A stretch of DNA of 43,508 nucleotides from Candidatus Dormiibacterota bacterium. GTDB taxonomy: Bacteria; Chloroflexota; Dormibacteria; Dormibacterales; Dormibacteraceae. The position numbers were made by a program, and so were the translations under genes. The DNA lies in contig DATEGL010000170.1 in assembly GCA_035280145.1 (NCBI GenBank), positions 1 to 43,508 of the forward strand, read 5' to 3'. Every line of letters begins with the position of its first letter. The stretch's first letter is position 1. The notes under the pieces were generated by a model that searched no databases, had not been told where the DNA came from, and was given only the letters and a program-made list of their open reading frames with translations. Shown in pieces: positions 1-9,349 of the stretch.

Positions 1-1
1 C

Positions 2-667
2 TGGGTCAGGCAGGCAGGCTCGCCCATCGCCTACGAGACGTGGGCTTTGAGCTCGATTCCGAAGGGAGCTTGCGGGTCGACCACGGTGAGCGCGACCCAG
101 ACCTCGCCGCAATCGGTGGGCGGGGTCATCAACCTGAGCACGGTGACCACTGGCTGCACCACGCCCTCTTACCGATACTGGGACTATCCCAGCCAGGCCG
201 GCGTGGGGCTGAATGCGGTGTGGACCATGCTGCGCGACTACAGCACGACTGGAACCTACGGCTGGAACACCGCAGGCTACAAGCCGGGGACGCAGAGCAT
301 CGTCGTGCATGTCCGCCAGGCCGGCTCGACAGCCGCATACGACACCGACGGCATGATTTCCTTCAGCCTTACAGGTTGCTCGTCGGCCACGCTCTCGGCG
401 TCGCCCAGCTCGCCGCAGCAAATCGGAAGCACAGTCATGTTGATCGCCAGCTCGAGCGGCTGCAGCACGCCGCTCTACCAGTTCTGGGTGTATCAACCAG
501 GCCTCGGCTGGAGCATGGTCCAGGCCTACAGCACCACGGCGACCTTCAACTGGAATACGCAGGGCATCATCGCGCCCGGGACATACGCGTGGGTCGTGTT
601 CGTGAAGCAACAAGGGTCGGGTAGCGATGACGACACGTACGCGCTGTTCAGCGACACTATCTCATGA
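2..667 (+). CDS. 3-prime fragment of a secreted multi-repeat protein (triple-tyrosine / Y_Y_Y-like Ig repeats); 5-prime end lies outside the window
   Basis: Frame 2 is open from nt 2, and WVRQAGSPIAYETW looks like the tail of an earlier repeat, so the TTG at 47 in the ORF track is probably not the true start. Two complete ~95-aa repeats carry GC-x-x-P-x-Y-[RQ]-[YF]-W, Y/F-x-W-N-T and G-T-Y/Q motifs. Stop at 665-667. Confidence 0.7.
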   Translation, partial: WVRQAGSPIAYETWALSSIPKGACGSTTVSATQTSPQSVGGVINLSTVTTGCTTPSYRYWDYPSQAGVGLNAVWTMLRDYSTTGTYGWNTAGYKPGTQSIVVHVRQAGSTAAYDTDGMISFSLTGCSSATLSASPSSPQQIGSTVMLIASSSGCSTPLYQFWVYQPGLGWSMVQAYSTTATFNWNTQGIIAPGTYAWVVFVKQQGSGSDDDTYALFSDTIS

Positions 668-685
668 ATCGATACAGCGCTCGAC

Positions 686-714
686 TTGACTCGACCTGAC
701 CTCGTGACTAGAGT
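686..714 (+). promoter_or_regulatory. Candidate sigma-70-type promoter for the GH18-repeat gene
   Basis: TTGACT (686-691), a 17-nt spacer, then TAGAGT (709-714), about 25 nt upstream of the ATG at 739. Sequence match only. Confidence 0.35.
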
Positions 715-738
715 GTCCGGGCCGACATCTCCCAAAAG

Positions 739-3516
739 ATGCCACTGCCCCAGCCCCGCCACCTGGCTTTTGTATTCGCGATTGCACTGGTCGCCAACTC
801 CGCGGCAGGCCTGGCGTCCTCGCACGGCATCACGCCGGTTCATGCCGCGGCAGTCAGGCAGGCCGGAGATCGAAGTCATCCGCTCGTAACTCAACTCGAA
901 TCGGATCGAGTCGCGGCCGGCCTGCCACCCCTGGTGACGCCAGGCCCGACCAAACCCAGTGCTCAAGCCTCGACCCAGGGGACTTCGATCTACGTGGGCA
1001 AGCCACAGCGCGAGGTCATGGGTTTCGCATTGGCGAGCAGTCTCAGTGATCCGACTCTTGGCTATCCCAGTTGGAACTTCGAGCTGATATCCACGCTTTC
1101 CTTCTTCGCGCTGCACGTCGACTGGACTGGCCACATCGTGCAGACCGACAACGCGTGGAGCGTGTGGAACTCCTCCGCGCTGACCAATTTCGTCAACTTC
1201 GCCCACTCCAACGGCGTGAAAGTGCTAGTCACGGTTGACATGCACGACTTCGGCTCCGGCACGCCCAACATGTGCTCGGCGCTGCAGAGATCGAGCATCA
1301 CCATCAGCGAAACCGCGGCGCAGGTCTCCGCGAAGGGCGTGGACGGCGTCAACATCGACTACGAAGGCCAGAACAACAGCTGCGGCACCAGCGACCCACT
1401 CTGGGTTCGCCATGCAATGACGGCCTTCACTCACGACATGCGCGTCGCGATCGGAAGCTCGAGGTATCTGTACATCGACACCTACTCGGGCGCGGTCGGC
1501 GATCCGGAGGACTTCTTCGACATCCCGAGCCTCAACCCCTACGTCGACGTCTTTTTCGTGATGACGTACGACATGGAGTACTCCAACTGGGCGTATCCGC
1601 CGGTCAGCTGTCCGACCTTCTGCCTCGGCCCGACCTCTCCGCTGACCGCCTACTACTACAACGACACGAACGTGATGGCGAACTATGCCGCGGCGGTGGG
1701 CGCGTCGAAGGTCGAGCTTGGCATCCCGTATTACGGCCGGAAAGCCTGCGTTCCGCAGGCAGTCGCCAACGCCGACCCGTCATCGTCGGTGATTGCCGAC
1801 ATGTACGTCGACGCCGCCGGCGAGGCTACCGACCCCTCAGTCGTGCCCGGCTCGTACGTCGCCCACCGCGAATACCGCTCGAGCGGACTCGAGCGCTGGG
1901 ACACGTGGAACAACAGCACCCTCAACTGCATTCGCGAGCTCTACTGGGACGACACTCTTTCGCTCGGCAAGAAGTACGACCTGGCCAACGCGGACGGCTT
2001 GCGCGGCATCGGGATCTGGACCCTCAACTACGGGGGCAGCTCAACCGAGCTCTGGAACACGATCTACAGCCACTTCGTCGGCTGCAGCAGCAGCGGGATC
2101 GGGGCGTCGCCGCAAGCCCCGCTGGCGAGGGGCTCCGCGGTGAACATCTCGGCTGCGGCTTATGGCTGCGCCAACCCCGAGTATCGGTACTGGGTGCTGC
2201 CGCCGGGCGGGACGTGGACCATGGTCCAGGACTACACAAGCGCCACCAGCTACGCGTGGAACACTGCCGGCGTGGCCCCGGGCGCATATCGATTCGCCGT
2301 CTGGGCCAGAAACGTAGGCTCGCCGAACGCGTACGACGTCTACAGCACGATGAGCTACTCGGTCACCGCGCCATGCACAGGACTGACTATCGCTCAGGCG
2401 CCGCCTTCGCCACAGATCAGCAGCACAACAGTCACGCTCAGCGCTGCCGGCTCCGGCTGCCCGAACCCGAATTATCGCTTCTGGATCCTGCCGCCCAATG
2501 GAGTGTGGACGATGGTCCAGGACTACACCACGACCGCGACATACGCCTGGAACACCACAGGCATCAGGGCCGGCGTTTATGGCATCTCGGTCTGGGCGAA
2601 GGACCCCAGCACCGGGGGAAGCTTCGACCTCTACCGGACCGCGAACTTCGCGATCACCTCGCCTTGCTCCTCCGCCTCTATATCCAGCTCGCCGCCGGCG
2701 CCTCAGCAAGCGGGAACGTTCGTCACACTGAGCGGCGCGACGGGCGCGTGTCCCAACCCGCAGTTTCGCTTCTACGTCCTGCCGCCTGGAGGGTCGTGGA
2801 CCCTGATCCAGGACTACTCGGCGGTCAACGCGTATAGCTGGGACACCTCGACGGTGGCGGCGGGGACGTACAGATTCTCGGTCTGGGCACGAGATGCCGC
2901 ATCCACTGCGTCTTATGACGCGTACGGGACGACCTACTATCTGGTCACCCGGCGCTGCACAAGCCTGGCCCTGGCCACTCGATCGAACATCACGTCCGTC
3001 GCGGTCGATGCCAGCGCGTCCGGCTGTCCAACACCACGGTTCCGTTTCTGGCTGCTGGCGCCTGGCGCCGGTTGGACGATGGTGCAGGACTACAGCTCGA
3101 GCACGTCGTATGTATGGAACACGGCCCACCTCGCCGCCGGCAGCTACCGCTTCTCGGTCTGGGCGCAGGATGCGACGTCGCCCGGCTCCTACGACACTTA
3201 CACGACCCTCACCTATTCGTTCGCGCCCTGCACGTCCGACAGCGTCTCAGCCACGCCCGCATCGCCACAGTCAGTGGGCTCGTCGGTGACCATCAGCTCC
3301 ACGGCGGCCGGCTGTCCCAGCCCGCGGTACCGCTTCTGGATCCTGGCCCCAGGCGGCACGTGGACGATGGTGCAGGACTACGGCGGGGGCAGCTCGTACG
3401 CGTGGAACACCACCGGTCTGGCTCCAGGCACCTACACGTTTTCGGTCTGGGCCCTGGACGCCAGCTCGGGAAGCGGTTACGACACCTACCGCACATATAC
3501 GTTCGTGCTCAAGTAG
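739..3516 (+). CDS. Secreted glycoside hydrolase family 18 (YaaH/YdhD-like) enzyme fused to five triple-tyrosine repeats
   Basis: Signal-like N-terminus LAFVFAIALVANSAAGLA. GH18 active-site region AKGVDGVNIDYEGQ (DxxNxDxE, with the D-x-E retained). Five tandem ~95-aa repeats run from nt 2083 to the stop. Confidence 0.85.
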   Translation: MPLPQPRHLAFVFAIALVANSAAGLASSHGITPVHAAAVRQAGDRSHPLVTQLESDRVAAGLPPLVTPGPTKPSAQASTQGTSIYVGKPQREVMGFALASSLSDPTLGYPSWNFELISTLSFFALHVDWTGHIVQTDNAWSVWNSSALTNFVNFAHSNGVKVLVTVDMHDFGSGTPNMCSALQRSSITISETAAQVSAKGVDGVNIDYEGQNNSCGTSDPLWVRHAMTAFTHDMRVAIGSSRYLYIDTYSGAVGDPEDFFDIPSLNPYVDVFFVMTYDMEYSNWAYPPVSCPTFCLGPTSPLTAYYYNDTNVMANYAAAVGASKVELGIPYYGRKACVPQAVANADPSSSVIADMYVDAAGEATDPSVVPGSYVAHREYRSSGLERWDTWNNSTLNCIRELYWDDTLSLGKKYDLANADGLRGIGIWTLNYGGSSTELWNTIYSHFVGCSSSGIGASPQAPLARGSAVNISAAAYGCANPEYRYWVLPPGGTWTMVQDYTSATSYAWNTAGVAPGAYRFAVWARNVGSPNAYDVYSTMSYSVTAPCTGLTIAQAPPSPQISSTTVTLSAAGSGCPNPNYRFWILPPNGVWTMVQDYTTTATYAWNTTGIRAGVYGISVWAKDPSTGGSFDLYRTANFAITSPCSSASISSSPPAPQQAGTFVTLSGATGACPNPQFRFYVLPPGGSWTLIQDYSAVNAYSWDTSTVAAGTYRFSVWARDAASTASYDAYGTTYYLVTRRCTSLALATRSNITSVAVDASASGCPTPRFRFWLLAPGAGWTMVQDYSSSTSYVWNTAHLAAGSYRFSVWAQDATSPGSYDTYTTLTYSFAPCTSDSVSATPASPQSVGSSVTISSTAAGCPSPRYRFWILAPGGTWTMVQDYGGGSSYAWNTTGLAPGTYTFSVWALDASSGSGYDTYRTYTFVLK
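2083..3513 (+). repeat. Five tandem coding repeats (~286 nt / ~95 aa each) of the two-Cys triple-tyrosine domain
   Basis: Repeated GC-x-N/T/S-P-x-[YF]-R-[FY]-[WY]-[VIL]-L-[PA]-P-x-G-x-W-T-[ML]-[VI]-Q-D-Y ... Y-x-W-[ND]-T ... G-x-Y-x-[FI]-[SA]-V-W-A-x-[DN] ... [YF]-D-x-Y blocks, each bounded by a Cys. Confidence 0.85.
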
Positions 3517-3540
3517 CAGCGACGCCATACTGCTAGTCGC

Positions 3541-5349
3541 TTGACTGACTTCAGGCCCACGCGCGGGCCGGCGATTCTTTACGCGCTCCTCATCCTGGCG
3601 GTCGGGCTCGCGTACAGGCTGTCGTTCGTCTACCAGGGATGGTCGGCCACCGACGAGGGCTGGCTCCAGGCGGCCGGGATTCGCATCGCGTCGGGCCAGG
3701 TGCCGTACCGAGACTTCGAATATCCGCTACCGCCGGTCACGATCTACAAGGAGGCAGCGCTGGCGGCCGTCACCGGGCCAGGCTGGACGGTGCTCGCGTC
3801 GAGGTGGCTTTTCTCGTTCGAGGTCACGCTTGCCTCGCTGCTGGCGTTTTTGATCCTGCGTCGCGCAGTCAGCGACCGAACCGCATTCTTCGTAACGCTG
3901 CCGACTGTCTTCTTCACCGTGATGATCCTGGCGTTTACGAATTACACATACGATGCGGAGTTCTGGGCCCTCGTCTCGGTGACATTGGCCGTGTACGCGG
4001 GAGAAGGCAGGCGGCAGGGGTTGGTGGCGCTTGCCGCGGGCGGAGCGGCTGGCCTGGCCGCCATGGCCAAGAGCCCGTTTCTCGCGTTTCTACCGGCGAT
4101 CCCATTCGCCGCCCTCGCCGGCTCATGGCTGAGGCGGGGTCGCAATGACGCGCCGCAAATGGCTCGTTCCTTGCAGCGAGTGTGGCTGCTCTACCTGGCC
4201 GGCGCCGCGATCGTCATCGGCGGGTTCTTCGCCTACTTCGCCTCAATCGGACTGCTGCGGAGCTTCGTCGAGCAAGCGTTTCTCCTGACCGCTCGCGCCA
4301 ACCCGGTGAGCCTGCGCTTTGCGTTGATCCAGGACCTGCCGGACTACGCGGTCCGCTTCGGCCGTTTGGGGATTGGCGTCACTGCGATCATCTTGCTTCT
4401 CCTCCCGTTTGCGATCAACCGTTTGTGGGAGTTTGTCCGCACCGTTCTTCTGCTGGGAGCTCTGGCCTATGTGCTCGTCTACACGCAGCTCCACCCGCCA
4501 ATCCCCTCGCGCCCGTACTTCATCAACATCGCGTACTTCGTGGTGTCGGGAGTTGGGGTGATCGCCCTGCTCGTAAGCCTGATCCTGGAAACGCCATGGC
4601 TCGCCCGCAATGAGACCGCCGCCGGGCTGAGATCACGATTCCCGCCTCTGGAGCTGATCTTCCTGGCCCTTTTCCTGCAGTGGCTGGCTCAGTTTCATTA
4701 CGACGGCCTGGTGTTCTGGTTCGTCGGATCCTATCTGAGCGTGCCCGTTGTCCTCATCTTTCTACGCGAGCTGGGCCGCGTCCGCATCCCAGTCTTCCGA
4801 GGCGCCACGCGTCTGCGCTTCGGCGCCCCGGCCGTAGCCTGGGTGCTCATCGCGACATGGCTGTCGATTGGCGGTGCCGGCATCTTTCTCGAGCGCGTGT
4901 ATCAGGACGCCGACCGGCCTCTGCTCACTGCCTCGTTCTCGCCTGCGAAATTGAGCGGCATCACGACTTACCCCGAGACCGCACAGCGAGTCGATGCTCT
5001 CGTCGCCGAGGTTGACCGGCGGACCAAGCCCGGCGACCCCATATTCTTCTTTCCTGATTACGGGATCATGTACGCGGTCACGGGACGCACCAATCCCACG
5101 CCGCTTGACTGGTACAACGAAGCGTTTCTCACTCCGGCGGTCACGGACCAGGTGCTGGCGGCGCTGCAGCGTGATCCTCCCAGGGTTGTTTTCCTCCAAC
5201 GGCAGCGCGAAGGCGCCTACCAGCGCGACCAGCCTCCCGTCGATTACGTGCACAGCAAATGGGCCCCAATCTTTCTGTACCTGATCGCGCACTACCGGGT
5301 GGACGGAGGTGTCCAGGACATCGCCATCCTGGTTCCCGCCGGGCCATAG
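3541..5349 (+). CDS. Polytopic GT-C fold glycosyltransferase (GT39 / ArnT / Pmt-like)
   Basis: 602 aa with many hydrophobic segments. The first extracytoplasmic loop has an acidic motif, SATDEGWLQAAG...VPYRDFEYPLPP, typical of PMT_2/ArnT-type enzymes. TTG start 22 nt after the GH18 stop. Confidence 0.65.
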   Translation: MTDFRPTRGPAILYALLILAVGLAYRLSFVYQGWSATDEGWLQAAGIRIASGQVPYRDFEYPLPPVTIYKEAALAAVTGPGWTVLASRWLFSFEVTLASLLAFLILRRAVSDRTAFFVTLPTVFFTVMILAFTNYTYDAEFWALVSVTLAVYAGEGRRQGLVALAAGGAAGLAAMAKSPFLAFLPAIPFAALAGSWLRRGRNDAPQMARSLQRVWLLYLAGAAIVIGGFFAYFASIGLLRSFVEQAFLLTARANPVSLRFALIQDLPDYAVRFGRLGIGVTAIILLLLPFAINRLWEFVRTVLLLGALAYVLVYTQLHPPIPSRPYFINIAYFVVSGVGVIALLVSLILETPWLARNETAAGLRSRFPPLELIFLALFLQWLAQFHYDGLVFWFVGSYLSVPVVLIFLRELGRVRIPVFRGATRLRFGAPAVAWVLIATWLSIGGAGIFLERVYQDADRPLLTASFSPAKLSGITTYPETAQRVDALVAEVDRRTKPGDPIFFFPDYGIMYAVTGRTNPTPLDWYNEAFLTPAVTDQVLAALQRDPPRVVFLQRQREGAYQRDQPPVDYVHSKWAPIFLYLIAHYRVDGGVQDIAILVPAGP

Positions 5350-5425
5350 AGCTGAGGTGGGCCGAGTCAGGTGGCGAGCGCGTCGCCGAGGCCGCGACAG
5401 GAGATTGGAGGTGGAGGAGAGGCCC

Positions 5426-6019
5426 CTAGCGCGAGCCGACTGCCAGCACGTAGCGGTGATGGATCGCGAATTCCTCCCAGTGCTCGATCTCAAACTCGGC
5501 CGCCATCGCTGAGCGTATGACCTCCGCCGGCCGCGCGTATGAGCCGCGGTCGTAACGCCACAGCACGCGGCTGCGCAGGCGGTCGGGGTCCAGGATCGCA
5601 TCGAGGAACACGAGGCGCCCGCCATGCCGGAGCAGGCGAGCGCTTTCGCTAAACAGCAGCGGAAGAGCGCGGTCGTCGATATGGTGCGACACCGCCTTGC
5701 ACACCACGAGGTCGATGCTGTGGCTGAGGAGTGGAACGCGGGTGGCATCCCCGATGAGCGGTGTGCCGCTTGAATGCTTGGCCCGAAAGCCCTTCAGCTT
5801 GAGGGGGTCGTTGTCCAGGCAAATATATGCGGCGCCTACCGGCCACAGCTCCGGGGCGAGGCCGGTCCCGCCGCCAATGTCCACCAGGCGCTCCACTGGC
5901 GGGAGCTCGGCGAGCCGCCGGGCGACCCGGCGATTCACCTCGGCTACTCCGGCCACCGCCTGCAGCGCGTCATAGACACGCGGCCGCGCCGCCACCCTGT
6001 GCAGGACATCAGTCAGCAT
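5426..6019 (-). CDS. Class I SAM-dependent methyltransferase
   Basis: Motif I LVDIGGGTG; Methyltransf_11/25-like layout. The start overlaps the upstream gene by 11 nt. Confidence 0.75.
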   Translation of the reverse strand: MLTDVLHRVAARPRVYDALQAVAGVAEVNRRVARRLAELPPVERLVDIGGGTGLAPELWPVGAAYICLDNDPLKLKGFRAKHSSGTPLIGDATRVPLLSHSIDLVVCKAVSHHIDDRALPLLFSESARLLRHGGRLVFLDAILDPDRLRSRVLWRYDRGSYARPAEVIRSAMAAEFEIEHWEEFAIHHRYVLAVGSR

Positions 6020-6827
6020 CGCGACCTGATCTTCGAGCCACTGCGATTAGCGAGGAGCCGATCGGTAGCTTTCGCCGGCGGCGCAGGAGCGGGCGTTCCA
6101 GCGCCAGCAACGGACGAAAAGCGGCGCCCAGCAGCGGGTTGAGGTTCAGCTCCTGGTCGACCAGGCGCTTCCGCCGATCGGGCTCGGAAAGATTCGCAGA
6201 ACCGCTCCTGCGCGGGGCGAGGCGGCGGCCCGCCCACAACGCCGGATAGAGACCCGCCATGTACGGGCTCAGAAATTCGATCTCAAATCCAGCCTGCGCC
6301 AGCTTGCCGGCCAGCTCGTCCGACGTATAGCGGCGAACGTGCTGCGCCGCCTCGTCGAAGTAGCTCCACAGCCTGGGCCCGGCGGGTACGGTGACCACCA
6401 GCGCGCCACCGTCGGTGATCATCTGCCGCAGGGCGTGCAGGACGCCCACGTCGTCCGGCAGGTGCTCGAGTACGTCAAACATGCCGACTATCTCGAACCG
6501 AACGGAGAATGGAGGATGCATTGCGTCAGCGCGCACCAGCGCTGCGTTGGGCAGGCGCCTGCGCGCGACCTCGAGGCCGTCCTGAAACAGGTCGATGCCC
6601 ATCACCGAGCCGGTCGGGCACGCCGCCGCCAGCGTCCGCAGGACGTTGCCCGTTCCGCAGCCGACCTCCAGCACGCGATAACCGGGCGCGAGCGTCGCCG
6701 TCAGCTGGCCCACAGTCGCTGCGATAACGCGATTTCGCGCCCGGAACCAGAAGTGATGGTCCTCCACTGCGGCCAGAGGTTCGAAGTAGCTCGGGTCGTA
6801 CTCGGTCCGGACAGTCCCGGACATCAC
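6009..6827 (-). CDS. Class I SAM-dependent methyltransferase (HFWF N-terminal motif family)
   Basis: EDHHFWFRARN near the N-terminus, then VLEVGCGTGN (motif I) and DVLEHLPDD. Confidence 0.8.
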   Translation of the reverse strand: MMSGTVRTEYDPSYFEPLAAVEDHHFWFRARNRVIAATVGQLTATLAPGYRVLEVGCGTGNVLRTLAAACPTGSVMGIDLFQDGLEVARRRLPNAALVRADAMHPPFSVRFEIVGMFDVLEHLPDDVGVLHALRQMITDGGALVVTVPAGPRLWSYFDEAAQHVRRYTSDELAGKLAQAGFEIEFLSPYMAGLYPALWAGRRLAPRRSGSANLSEPDRRKRLVDQELNLNPLLGAAFRPLLALERPLLRRRRKLPIGSSLIAVARRSGRDAD

Positions 6828-6834
6828 ATGTTCC

Positions 6835-7977
6835 TTATACGGGAGTGAAGTCTCGGACGGCCTCGATCACGCGACGCTGCTCGGATGCCGTCAGCTGGTT
6901 ATAGAACGGAAGCCTCACCAGCCGGTCACTGATGTCTTCTGTCACCGGGCAGCCACCTTCGCGGCCTCCGAAACGCCGTCCCATCTCCGAGAGGTGGAGG
7001 GGCACGTAATGAAACACAGCCATGATGTCGCGCTCCTTGAGGTGAGCGATGAACCGCTGCCGGGTGTCGAGCGATGGCATGAGCAGGTAGAACATGTGGT
7101 ACGACTGCTCGCGATCCGACGGAATGACCGGGAGGCGCACCCCATTTGACTGCGCCCAGTCGGCCAGGCCGGCGCAGTAGGTTTCGTAGATCCGCCGGCG
7201 CGCCGACTGGATGCGATCCCGGGCTTCGAGCTGCGCGAGGAGCACCCCGGCCAGCATGTCGGAGGGCAGATAGCTCGATCCGATGTCGGTCCAGGTGTAC
7301 TTGTCCACCTGGCCGCGGAAGAAGCGGCTGCGGTTGGTACCCTTCTCGCGAATCATCTCTGCTCTTTCGATGTACTTCGGGTCGTTGATGAGGAGCGCCC
7401 CGCCCTCACCGCAGCTGAAGTTCTTGGTCTCGTGGAAGCTCTGCGCCGCGAGGGCGCCGAACGTCCCGAGCAGCCGGCCTTTGTACCGGCCGAAGAGTGC
7501 GTGGGCGTTGTCCTCGATGACGACGACGCCTCTCCGCCGGGCGATCTCCATGATTGCGTCCATCTCGCATCCGACGCCGGCGTAGTGGACGAGGACCGCG
7601 GCGCGCGTGCGATCAGTGATGAGGCTTTCGAACTGTCGCTCGTCGAAGTTCAATGTGTCCGGCCGAACGTCGATGAAAACCGGCTTTGCGCCCCGGAGCA
7701 CAAATGCGTTGGCGCAGGACACGAAGGTGAACGACGGAATGATCACCTCGTCGCCCGGCTTTAGATCGAGCAGCATCGCTGTCATCTCCAGCGCGTGGGT
7801 GCACGAGGTCGTCAGCAGAGCTTTCGCAACGCCAAGCTCAGCCTCGAGGTACTCGTGGCAGCGTTTGCTGAACATGCCGTCGCCGGAGACGTGACCCGCA
7901 GCGATCGCCTCGGCGATGTATTCGTGCTCGTTGCCCTCGAAGCTGGGACGGTTGAAAGGAATCAAGCCTTCCATCAA
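6835..7977 (-). CDS. wecE: dTDP-4-amino-4,6-dideoxyhexose (WecE/RffA-type) PLP-dependent sugar aminotransferase
   Basis: Long colinear similarity to remembered E. coli WecE blocks: IPFNRP, SCTHALEMTAMLLDLKPGDEVIIPSFTFVSCANAFVLRGAKPVFIDVRPDTLN, FHETKNFSCGEGGALLIND, REKGTNRSRFFRGQVDKYTW, MAVFHYVPLH. The real start may be the ATG at 7974. Confidence 0.85.
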   Translation of the reverse strand: MMEGLIPFNRPSFEGNEHEYIAEAIAAGHVSGDGMFSKRCHEYLEAELGVAKALLTTSCTHALEMTAMLLDLKPGDEVIIPSFTFVSCANAFVLRGAKPVFIDVRPDTLNFDERQFESLITDRTRAAVLVHYAGVGCEMDAIMEIARRRGVVVIEDNAHALFGRYKGRLLGTFGALAAQSFHETKNFSCGEGGALLINDPKYIERAEMIREKGTNRSRFFRGQVDKYTWTDIGSSYLPSDMLAGVLLAQLEARDRIQSARRRIYETYCAGLADWAQSNGVRLPVIPSDREQSYHMFYLLMPSLDTRQRFIAHLKERDIMAVFHYVPLHLSEMGRRFGGREGGCPVTEDISDRLVRLPFYNQLTASEQRRVIEAVRDFTPV

Positions 7978-8744
7978 GGCCTGGTTCCGATCGCGTAGAG
8001 GTTCTTGAATTCCCGGTTAGGCCCGGCGCTCGGATCAAGCTGGACAGGCTCGGAGTACGCCGCCATTCCGTCATGCACTGCTCCGAGCTCCGGCAGCTTT
8101 CCGTACAGCACCCGCTTGACCAGAGCCTTGGCGCGCATCGACCGCGGGATGAGGTGAAAGCGCACCGCAAAGTGCCGGAGCGGGGCAAGTGCGCGGTCGC
8201 GGGGAGTGGTTTCCTCCGCCGGGAAGGCGCCGTAGACACGCACGTCAAAGCCACATCCGTCCAGCAGGGAATCTATCTCGCTCGTGTTGAAGTACCGCGT
8301 GCTGAGAGGGCTCGGGTTGAAGTCGGGCCGGTCGCGGTTCGGCAGGCACACCATCAGACTTCCGCCCGGCTTGAGCACTCTGCGGCACTCCGCGATCGCA
8401 GCCTCATGGTCAGGAAGGTAGTAGATCATCTCGAGCATCAGCACTGCGTCGAAGGTGGCGTCGAGGAAGGGGAGGCGCTGTGCGTCCATGCAGACCAGGT
8501 TCGCCTGGGGAATGTGCCGGCGCCCCTCACGCAGCAGCCTTAGCGTGTAGTCGCCTCCGACCGACATGCGGGAGTGGTTCTGCAGGTAGGGCAGTCCCAT
8601 GCCGCTCCCACATCCGACCTCAAGAACAGCGCCTCCGTGACCCACCTCGGCCGCGAGCCGGTAGCGAAAGTACTGCATCGCCAACTGCTCCGGCGAAGCG
8701 GGCAGGCCCCAGGTCTCCGTGACGGCTGTGTAGTCGCTCGTCAC
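7974..8744 (-). CDS. Class I SAM-dependent methyltransferase
   Basis: VLEVGCGSGMG motif I and LKPGGSLMV. GTGA start/stop overlap with the upstream gene. Confidence 0.75.
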   Translation of the reverse strand: MTSDYTAVTETWGLPASPEQLAMQYFRYRLAAEVGHGGAVLEVGCGSGMGLPYLQNHSRMSVGGDYTLRLLREGRRHIPQANLVCMDAQRLPFLDATFDAVLMLEMIYYLPDHEAAIAECRRVLKPGGSLMVCLPNRDRPDFNPSPLSTRYFNTSEIDSLLDGCGFDVRVYGAFPAEETTPRDRALAPLRHFAVRFHLIPRSMRAKALVKRVLYGKLPELGAVHDGMAAYSEPVQLDPSAGPNREFKNLYAIGTRP

Positions 8745-9349
8745 TTGTGCAGTGGAAGGAGCGCCGTCTTGACCAGGATGTCGAGGTCGTCGCGGAAGGT
8801 TGCCTTCCGCACATAGTCGATGCCGAGTCGCATCTTCTCGGGCCGGATCAGCTCTGCGTAAGCCCGATCGGGATCGGAGTGCCCGGCCAGGATCTCGCCC
8901 TCGTTGTGAAATCTGAGCGATGACCAGTCTGTAATCCCGGGCCGCATGTTCAGGATCTCGCGTTCCTCTTCGGTGTAGCCCGCGACCTCTTCCGGCACCT
9001 GCGGGCGAGGACCGACGAAGCTCATATCTCCCTTCAGAACGTTCACAAGCTGGGGCAGCTCATCGAGCTTGTAGCGGCGGAGGAACCGACCTGTTCCGGT
9101 CAGGCGAGGGTCGTCGTCCGGTGTGTTGGGCCCGCCCACCCGGTCCGCGTTGGTGACCATGGTGCGGAACTTGAACATGCGGAACTCGCGACCGCCCCTG
9201 CCGACCCGCCGGCCGGCGTAGATCGCCGGGCCGTCGCGATCGAGCTTGATCCGCGCCCAGATCGCGAGGACGATCGGCGAAGTGAGCACCAGGCCGGCCG
9301 AGGCGAGCGCGACGTCGAAGACGCGCTTGGCGACGAGGGATCGACTCAG
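8741..9349 (-). CDS. Small PglC/WbaP-C-terminal-type polyprenyl-phosphate sugar-1-phosphate transferase (initiating enzyme)
   Basis: AKRVFDVALASAGLVLTSPIVLAIWARIKLDRDGPAIY...REFRMFKFRTM...DELPQL.NVLKGDMSFVGPRP is the bacterial sugar transferase signature. The N-terminal 193 aa of the 395-aa track ORF are R/G/P-rich out-of-frame sequence over the neighbouring gene. The start is uncertain: CTG at 9349, or GTG at 9439. Confidence 0.8.
   Translation of the reverse strand: MSRSLVAKRVFDVALASAGLVLTSPIVLAIWARIKLDRDGPAIYAGRRVGRGGREFRMFKFRTMVTNADRVGGPNTPDDDPRLTGTGRFLRRYKLDELPQLVNVLKGDMSFVGPRPQVPEEVAGYTEEEREILNMRPGITDWSSLRFHNEGEILAGHSDPDRAYAELIRPEKMRLGIDYVRKATFRDDLDILVKTALLPLHK

Noticed and set aside
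1272-3129. 521-aa plus-strand and 362-aa minus-strand ORFs inside the GH18-repeat gene
   Set aside because: These are out-of-frame or antisense to a frame with a GH18 motif and five well-formed repeats. The translations are Arg-rich and low in complexity.
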